A stretch of 64,000 bases of DNA from Bacillota bacterium (lineage in GTDB: Bacteria; Bacillota; Sulfobacillia; Fermentithermobacillales; Fermentithermobacillaceae): contig JBLNCN010000005.1 of the NCBI GenBank assembly GCA_050260675.1, positions 109,347 to 173,346 of the forward strand, read 5' to 3'. Positions 59,001 to 64,000 of this stretch are shown piece by piece (positions within the stretch are counted from its first letter, which is position 1; every line of letters begins with the position of its first letter). A model generated the notes under the pieces. The model did no database searches and had not been told where the DNA came from. It saw only the letters and a program-made list of their open reading frames with translations. A program made the position numbers and the translations under genes.

Positions 59001-59322
59001 GGACACCGAGATCGACCGCGAACTGGTGCTCGAGGGTATCGCTCGCGAACTGGTCTCCAAGGTGCAAACTACCAGAAAGAGCCTGGGCTTCAACGTCACC
59101 GACCACATCAACATGTGGGTGGCCAGCGATGCTGAGGTGGCGGAGGCGCTCAAGCAGCACGGCGACTACGTCAAGGGCGATACTCTGACAGATTCGCTGG
59201 AATTCCTTACTGCCGATGCACTGGCGTCAGTTTCCGCAGCGGGCGAGGCAGTATCCCCTGCTCAGGAACTGGATCTGAACGGCCATCCTGCCTCGATCAG
59301 GGTGCAGAGATTGCCGAGGTAG
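56068..59322 (+). CDS. ileS: Isoleucine--tRNA ligase type 2
   Basis: FYEGPPTANGRPGIHH, GWDTHGLPVE, WTTTPWTLPSN, DGTGLVH, DWSLSRNRYWGTP, EGLDQTRGWFY, KMSKS; long IleRS2-type C-terminus. Confidence 0.97.
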   Translation: MGRFREVDPKRPVNDAENAVLQYWRDNDIPTKSVTEREGRPEWIFYEGPPTANGRPGIHHVLSRMLKDVACRYKTMQGYQVRRKAGWDTHGLPVELEVEKKLGLSSKPEIEEYGIEEFNRQCRESVFNYLKEWRELTERIGYWIDMDRPYMTLFNEYVETEWWILKKYFDAGLIYEGHKVMPYCPRCGTPLASHEVAQGYEDETIDSIYVKIKVKGKDEYLLIWTTTPWTLPSNVGIAVNPENTYVRARKGDEVLIVVKERVVPLLGEDAEILEEFPGKALEYLEYEPVFPFAEKAMPAGSKAFFVTLADYVSTEDGTGLVHMAAAYGEDDYKVCQQYGIPLIHMVDEQGKFVPAVCDWAGTFVFDANPSIVRKLRSTGQLFKTERLTHSYPHCWRCSTPLVYYARKSWYIATTKYQDRLIEANKKVKWYPEHVGTGRMGNWLENLVDWSLSRNRYWGTPLNIWKCEECGKLECIGSRKELAEKAIEKIDPETFDPHRPYVDRVHLKCECGGRMTRTPEVIDCWFDSGSMPYGQWHYPFEHKEDFHKLFPADFICEGLDQTRGWFYTLLAIATFLFDQSSFKSVLVNDLVLDKDGQKMSKSRGNTVDPWDMINRFGVDALRWYLLAVSPPWVPTRFDAEGVKEVASRFFGTLQNVYSFFTLYANIDELDPKEFDIPVADRPEIDRWIISRMNSLVKQVRAEMESYELTRVVRSIAAFVVDEVSNWYVRRTRERFWSNEFDLSKKSAYRTLYEVLVGVAKLIAPFAPFIADDIYLNLTGAEQNTASCRSVHLDMYPESDESLVDPELEERMGLVITLVSLGRAVRNKVQIKVRQPLRKMLVNGKSRSVLARMEDLLKEELNVKEVVYVDSLNDYVSFEVRPNLPVAGPKYGKLLRSIMAALPKADAGVLAREVDAKGQVDLVLDVPGDAAQQAVSDLQPAARLVDGRLVLSLSKEDLDVRIHALEGFAVEVEGDQFVILDTEIDRELVLEGIARELVSKVQTTRKSLGFNVTDHINMWVASDAEVAEALKQHGDYVKGDTLTDSLEFLTADALASVSAAGEAVSPAQELDLNGHPASIRVQRLPR

Positions 59323-59388
59323 GTGGCCCAGGGCGCTATAAGCAGAGAAAACCTCAGCGTTGTGCAGCTGTAGCACAGACCACAATAC

Positions 59389-59425
59389 GAACGGGCCGGG
59401 TTACCCCGGCCCGTTCTGTTTCTTT
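59389..59425 (+). terminator. Intrinsic terminator of ileS
   Basis: 12-bp stem GAACGGGCCGGG-TTAC-CCCGGCCCGTTC followed by TGTTTCTTT. Confidence 0.85.
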
Positions 59426-59426
59426 C

Positions 59427-59581
59427 GATTTGATGGGGAAACCGTCTATTCCATCCGGACGTGATGGTGAAACCGGCCAATCCAATCTGACGTGATGGTG
59501 AAACCGGCCAATCCAATCCGACGTGATGGTGAAACCGGCCAATCCATCCCGAGTTGATGGGCAACTCGGCGCGTCCACCGC
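59427..59581. repeat. 5 x 31-bp tandem repeat (core GACGTGATGGTGAAACCGGCCAATCCAATCC)
   Basis: Units start at 59427, 59458, 59489, 59520, 59551; the three inner units are near-identical and the outer two degenerate; no spacers. Confidence 0.92.
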
Positions 59582-59605
59582 GGATCTCGGGACTGGTCCT
59601 TGATC

Positions 59606-61030
59606 CTACCGTTTTTCGAACTGGTCGAACTTGGGCTTGTGGTCCTTGGGAATGGCGCTGACGTACTTCTGGCCGCCGGTCGACTTCTCGAACTCGGCCT
59701 TGGCCTTCTCTATGAGTGAAGGGTTGGTCACGAATTCCAGTCCGGCTTCCGCCAGGATCTTGCCCGCGACGAGCATTCCCTCGTGGCCGATGCTCATGCC
59801 GGCCTGGGCCGTATATTGCCACGAGTGTCCAGGCGTGCCTATGGCTTGGCATGCCACGCGGAATTCGGCAAGGGGACAACACCATGAAGCGTCGCTGACA
59901 TCGGTAGAGCCCTCGATGTCTCTCGGCGTCGCGGGCCGCGGAAGCCAGGTCGTATTGAGGACTTGGCCGAAGACTTCCTCAGGCACGCCTTCCTTGCGCA
60001 GCTGTGCCTCTACTTGGCCGGGGTTGAACGTCTTTGCTATCTCCCGTGCAAACTCAAAGTCCTTTTCGCTGAAACTGGGCGGCCCGACACGGTGCGCCGC
60101 CTCTTCGATAACGTCCTCCACTACGCTATTGGAGAGCATGTTCCAGATGGCCTTTATGAGCTCAATCTCCACTCGGGTCTCCGTCATCTGGGCGGCGCCG
60201 TAGGCGCAGTTCAGGACACGCTTGTAGAGGTCATCTACCTCGGACCTCTTCGGCGCGCGGATAAGGTACCAAGCGCTGGCCTTTGCCGGGACAACGTTAG
60301 GCTGGCCCCCTCCGTTGGTGATTACGTAGTGAACCCTTGCTTTGCTGGGCATGTGCTCGCGGAGGAACTCAACGCCCAGGTTCATTAGCTGAAGTGCATC
60401 CAGGGCGCTGCGCCCGTTGTAGGGATCCCCCGCCGCGTGAGCTGTGCGCCCGTAGAACGTTACGTTCATAGCGTTATTGGCCAGCGACGAACCGTTCCTC
60501 ACTATGTTGAGGGAGCCGGCGTGCCAGGTCATGCAGATGTCGAGGCCGTCAAAGAGGCCGTCCCTTGCCATGAAGGCCTTGCCGCTGAAGTTCTCTTCGG
60601 CGGGGCATCCGAAGTACTTGACGGTGCCGGTCAGGCCTCTAGCCTGCAACTCCCTCGCCAGTCCGACGGCTCCCGCCAGGCTACCGACGCCCAGGAGGTT
60701 ATGCCCGCATCCGTGCCCAGCCGCGCCCGGCTTGAGTTCCTGCTTGGTCGGCGTAGTGCATTGTGAAACACCTGGTAGAGCATCGTATTCCCCGAGAAAG
60801 CCGATGACGGGTGATCCGGATCCCCACGTTGCCACGAAGGCTGTGGGCATCCCGGCTACTCCCCTCTCGACTGTGAACCCCTCTGCTTCCAGGGCGTCCG
60901 CCAGAGCTTTAGCCGAACGGTCCTCGTGCAGGCCTACCTCGGCGTACTCCCAGATTTCATCTGACAGCCTTGTTAGCAGTGAGCGCTTCTCTTCAATGTA
61001 CTTCACTGCGGTTGTGGCGTTGACGGGCAT
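59606..61030 (-). CDS. M20-family amidohydrolase (AbgB, p-aminobenzoyl-glutamate hydrolase subunit B-like)
   Basis: EIWEYAEVG, GEYDALPG, GHGCGHNLLG, PAEE, TWH, AHAAGDP..GRSALDA, GSTDV, GTPGHSWQ. Confidence 0.88.
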   Translation of the reverse strand: MPVNATTAVKYIEEKRSLLTRLSDEIWEYAEVGLHEDRSAKALADALEAEGFTVERGVAGMPTAFVATWGSGSPVIGFLGEYDALPGVSQCTTPTKQELKPGAAGHGCGHNLLGVGSLAGAVGLARELQARGLTGTVKYFGCPAEENFSGKAFMARDGLFDGLDICMTWHAGSLNIVRNGSSLANNAMNVTFYGRTAHAAGDPYNGRSALDALQLMNLGVEFLREHMPSKARVHYVITNGGGQPNVVPAKASAWYLIRAPKRSEVDDLYKRVLNCAYGAAQMTETRVEIELIKAIWNMLSNSVVEDVIEEAAHRVGPPSFSEKDFEFAREIAKTFNPGQVEAQLRKEGVPEEVFGQVLNTTWLPRPATPRDIEGSTDVSDASWCCPLAEFRVACQAIGTPGHSWQYTAQAGMSIGHEGMLVAGKILAEAGLEFVTNPSLIEKAKAEFEKSTGGQKYVSAIPKDHKPKFDQFEKR

Positions 61031-61081
61031 GAACAGCGTCTCCTCCCTATCCCGCGGATTTCGATACGACAGAGAGTTCGA

Positions 61082-62164
61082 CTATGAGCGGCCGGGAACC
61101 TTCAGCAATGACTGGACCCACTCCCTGTTCTCAAACAGGGCGCAGCCTCCCTTGGCTCTGGCCAGCCTGTCTTCGCCGGCTCGGATATCTTGGAGCAGTT
61201 TGGACCGCAGGGCATCCTTGAGCGAGGTGTTTCGCAGGTTGGTATCTGAGTAGGGCGAGAACGGGCAGGGCTCCAGATCGCCAGTCGCACTGACATGGAC
61301 GAAGCCGCGCCCGGCCGCAACACATCCTCCCATCTGCTCTTCATCTCCGGGAAATGCCACGAACAGCCCTGGGAGCGTCTCACGATACTTGGAGGCAGCG
61401 GCCAGAAGCCCCGCTTTTTGCTTACCGGTTAGCACCAGTGCCTCGGTCCCTTGAGAAGCGGGCACGTATTCGACGTAGAAAAACAGCCTGCAACCGGCGT
61501 CGATGGATTCGCGAACAAACGCCTCTGAAGTCACCGTATCAAAGTTGGCCCTGGTCACGGTGATTGAGAGGCCGAAGAAGGCGCCGGCGTTCCTGAGAGT
61601 GGCCACTGTGCGCCTCAGGAGCCCATAGACCCCTTCTCCGCGCCTTTGGTCGGTCTCATCCTCATGACCTTCGATGCTCACAACCGGCACCAGGTTCCTG
61701 GCGAGGTGCGACACGAAGGCGTCGCCGACCATCAGTCCGTTGGTGAACACCGGGAAGACGATGTCGGGGATCGATGCGGCCACCTCAAGGATCTCTGGCC
61801 GTACCAGCGGCTCGCCACCGGCTAGCAGAATGATGGAGACTCCCAGGTCCTTGGCCTCGGTAAAGACGCGGCGCCACTCGTCCGCGGACAGCTCATTAGC
61901 CACAGATCTGTGTTGTGCGTGGTTGTAGCAGCCTTTGCAGTTGAGGTTGCACCGGTTGGTGATGCTGCAGATCATAATCGGCGGCACTTGCAGGCCGTTT
62001 TTGGCGTGGCGTTCTCTGTCCGCTGCCGCCTTCTTCTGTCGTCCCAGGATCTTCATGAGGTAGAGGACCAGTGAAGGGTCTTTGATAGCCAGCCCAGCTG
62101 CATCCTTGAGGAGGCTTTCTATAGATAGGTTCAGGATCTCTCTGTAGCCATCGGGTCTTACCAT
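61082..62164 (-). CDS. Radical SAM protein with SPASM/twitch-type C-terminus
   Basis: ITNRCNLNCKGC, AGGEPL, FTNG, SIEG, GCVAAG...GDLEPCPF, GGC; ATG 62164 after GGAGG. Confidence 0.9.
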   Translation of the reverse strand: MVRPDGYREILNLSIESLLKDAAGLAIKDPSLVLYLMKILGRQKKAAADRERHAKNGLQVPPIMICSITNRCNLNCKGCYNHAQHRSVANELSADEWRRVFTEAKDLGVSIILLAGGEPLVRPEILEVAASIPDIVFPVFTNGLMVGDAFVSHLARNLVPVVSIEGHEDETDQRRGEGVYGLLRRTVATLRNAGAFFGLSITVTRANFDTVTSEAFVRESIDAGCRLFFYVEYVPASQGTEALVLTGKQKAGLLAAASKYRETLPGLFVAFPGDEEQMGGCVAAGRGFVHVSATGDLEPCPFSPYSDTNLRNTSLKDALRSKLLQDIRAGEDRLARAKGGCALFENREWVQSLLKVPGRS

Positions 62165-62317
62165 TAGGCGCGCCTCCGGTCTCGACGCCGGACGCATCGC
62201 TCCGGTGTCCGTTCTGCTAGGTCTGTCTCCGCCTCATTAGTACGGATCCCCGAACGCGAGGTTGCACACACCGCACAACTGTATTCCTTGCGTCGCGCTA
62301 CGTCAACGACTGCCTGT

Positions 62318-63625
62318 TCACCCTACGAGTTTGGACCACAGGAGAGCCGCGTTCAGAACTATGATGAGGGCGCAGACAGCCCATCCTGCTACCGACGTGC
62401 GCCGGTCGTTGACGAACTGGCCCATGATTCTCCTCCTGCCTGTCAGGATGAGCAAGGGCACTATGGCGGCGGGGAGCGCGAAGGACAGGATGACTTGGCT
62501 GGTGACCAGGACGTCGACCGGGTTGAGGCCGAGCGAGATGATGGCAACGGCCGGGATCATCGTGATGGTGCGCCTCAACCATAGGGGCATGCGAAGGTTC
62601 ACGAACCCCTCTACGATGATCTGACCTGCATAGGTCCCTACCGCCGAGGAGGATAGGCCTGATGCCAGAAGGGCGGTACCAAAGGCGACGCCGGAGAGCC
62701 GGCCGAGCAGCGGGGACAGGGTCTGGTGAGCCACCTCGATGGACTCCACAAGGAGGCCCCGCGAGTGGAATGTTGCTGCGGACACCACTACCATGGCTGC
62801 GTTTATGACAAAGGCGATGTTCATCGCCACGAAAACGTCTATCTTTTCCAGGGCCAGGTGCTCCCTGCCCGTGTACTCCCCAAGGTTCCGCCTGCTCTGC
62901 ACAAGGCGAGAGTGCAGGTAGATGACATGGGGCATCACTGTGGCGCCGAGCATGCCCACTGCAATGAAAAGGCTATCCCGGCTTAAGCTGGGCATCAGCG
63001 TGTGGAGAGCGATGGACGGCCACGAGGGATCAACCAAGAAGATCTCGATGACGAAGCACAGGCTGATGACGCTGACTAGACCAGAGATAGCCAACTCCAC
63101 CCGTTCCTGCCCGTACTTTGAAAGCTCAAGAATGCCGTAGCTGATGATCCCCGTGAGCACGGCGCCCCACAGCGGGGGCACTCCGAACAGCAGGTAGAAG
63201 CCCAAGGCGCCGCCGAGGAACTCAGCCAGGTTTGTCGCTATTGCCGCCAGAGTGCCGAAGGTCCACAAAACCCAATTTGCCGGCCGGGAGAACTCACTCC
63301 GGCAAAGGGCGGGGAGATCAGCGCCGGTAGCGATCCCGAGTTTGGCGGATAGCGTCTGCAGAAACACGGCGAACAGGTTGCTCCAGAGCAGCACCCACAA
63401 CAGGTTGTAGTTGAACGCGGATCCCGCTGTGATATTAGTGCCGAAGTTGCCAGGATCCATATAGGCGACGCTAACAACAAACGCGGGGCCCAGGAACTTG
63501 AGTACGGCCCGAAGCCCAAGGCGTTTGACCTCGGAAGGAGCTTGCACCCCGCCAGCCCGCTGAACAACCTGCTGTGGAGCGAGTGCTCCTACGACTGGGA
63601 TGCTTGTTCCGTCGTCGTAATCCAC
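62318..63625 (-). CDS. mntH: Nramp-family divalent metal (Mn2+) transporter
   Basis: GPAFVVSVAYMDPGNFGTN, KLGIATG, AEFLGGA, GATVMPHVIYLHS, SQVILSFALP. Confidence 0.95.
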   Translation of the reverse strand: MDYDDGTSIPVVGALAPQQVVQRAGGVQAPSEVKRLGLRAVLKFLGPAFVVSVAYMDPGNFGTNITAGSAFNYNLLWVLLWSNLFAVFLQTLSAKLGIATGADLPALCRSEFSRPANWVLWTFGTLAAIATNLAEFLGGALGFYLLFGVPPLWGAVLTGIISYGILELSKYGQERVELAISGLVSVISLCFVIEIFLVDPSWPSIALHTLMPSLSRDSLFIAVGMLGATVMPHVIYLHSRLVQSRRNLGEYTGREHLALEKIDVFVAMNIAFVINAAMVVVSAATFHSRGLLVESIEVAHQTLSPLLGRLSGVAFGTALLASGLSSSAVGTYAGQIIVEGFVNLRMPLWLRRTITMIPAVAIISLGLNPVDVLVTSQVILSFALPAAIVPLLILTGRRRIMGQFVNDRRTSVAGWAVCALIIVLNAALLWSKLVG

Positions 63626-63664
63626 GGCAATTCCTCCCGCCGAGAGATAGCCGGGACGAACACT

Positions 63665-63680
63665 GTTAGCCTCGGTTAAC
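63665..63680. promoter_or_regulatory. Candidate MntR/DtxR-family operator upstream of mntH
   Basis: Imperfect palindrome GTTAGCC-TC-GGTTAAC, 40 bp upstream of the mntH start. Confidence 0.45.
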
Positions 63681-63705
63681 TCGGCGGAACATAATATGCC
63701 AATTG

Positions 63706-63793
63706 TGCGGAAGGGTGCTAATGGGCGTGCGGAAGGGCGCTAACGAACATGCAGAAGGGTGCTAACGAACATGCGGAAAGGTTCTAACGAGCG
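63706..63793. repeat. 4 x 22-bp tandem repeat (TGCGGAAGGGTGCTAACGAACA consensus)
   Basis: Units at 63706, 63728, 63750, 63772; the last overlaps the mntR stop. Confidence 0.9.
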
Positions 63794-63999
63794 CGAGAGA
63801 GGTGCTCTTTCCAGGCTGCGAGCGCCTCTTCGTTCTCATTGAAGAAGGCGAGGAGTTCGGATATGCCGGACATAGCGGCCGCGCTGATGTTGTGCTCGAT
63901 CCGTTCGGCGTCCTCCAATACGTCGGGGACCCCGAGGAGAGTCAGGAACTCCTCGAGGACATGGTGGCGGTTCAGCAGGTAGGCGCCGATCTCGTTACC
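63784..63999 (-). CDS. mntR: Manganese-dependent regulator MntR (DtxR family), C-terminal part; 5' end outside window
   Basis: Manual translation GNEIGAYLLNRHHVLEEFLTLLGVPDVLEDAERIEHNIS...FFNENE...*, matching the MntR/DtxR dimerisation domain (RH..E..EH metal ligands); adjacent to mntH. Confidence 0.85.
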   Translation of the reverse strand, partial: GNEIGAYLLNRHHVLEEFLTLLGVPDVLEDAERIEHNISAAAMSGISELLAFFNENEEALAAWKEHLSRAR

Positions 64000-64000
64000 T

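Noticed and set aside
59427-59581. Possible CRISPR array
   Set aside because: The units are contiguous with no unique spacers, and there are no cas genes in the window. The same applies to the arrays at 26506, 40496, 41175 and 63706.
59262-59885. 207-aa ORF reading through the 31-bp repeats
   Set aside because: The 31-bp period is not a multiple of 3 and the ORF overlaps abgB and ileS, so it is open by chance.
61082-62317. RiPP biosynthetic cluster around the radical SAM/SPASM gene
   Set aside because: There is no short precursor ORF, RRE/PqqD domain, peptidase-exporter or other tailoring gene nearby.

Overview
This 64 kb window is GC-rich core chromosome of a Bacillota (Firmicutes) bacterium that appears to be flagellated and spore-forming (hag, spoVS, dacB-like, PdaB-like genes; sigma-A/sigma-28-type promoters; T-box and PyrR attenuators). 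In order it contains: an opp/app peptide ABC operon; a lone flagellin with a sigma-28 promoter and CsrA sites; iscS-thiI and ttcA tRNA-thiolation genes; an ADP-forming acetyl-CoA synthetase; the cinA-thpR-recA-recX-rny-ymdB-spoVS block; rimO; feoBA; an amidase; the mrfAB-like helicase/exonuclease pair; dacB, rodZ, asnS and UPF0182; an orphan hutU; rqcH (NFACT); a PyrR-attenuated pyrR-B-C-K-D operon; a Tyr(UAC) T-box operon; an Ile T-box with a type-2 ileS; abgB; a radical SAM gene; mntH; and a partial mntR. I saw no CRISPR array, rRNA, tRNA, transposase, integrase or recognisable defence island. The most interesting observation is a tyrosine-specifier T-box controlling an NhaC-family transporter plus an amidohydrolase-2 (aromatic decarboxylase-like) enzyme and a PLP ammonia-lyase/racemase, which may be an undescribed tyrosine-salvage pathway. 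Also notable: (1) a recurring class of intergenic 31-34 bp repeats in which each unit carries its own short inverted repeat; (2) a structured, terminator-ended leader in front of rny; (3) a GIHH-motif IleRS2; (4) repeat-derived in-frame insertions in RqcH, PyrK and FeoB. All product calls come from motif recognition by eye, not from database searches.
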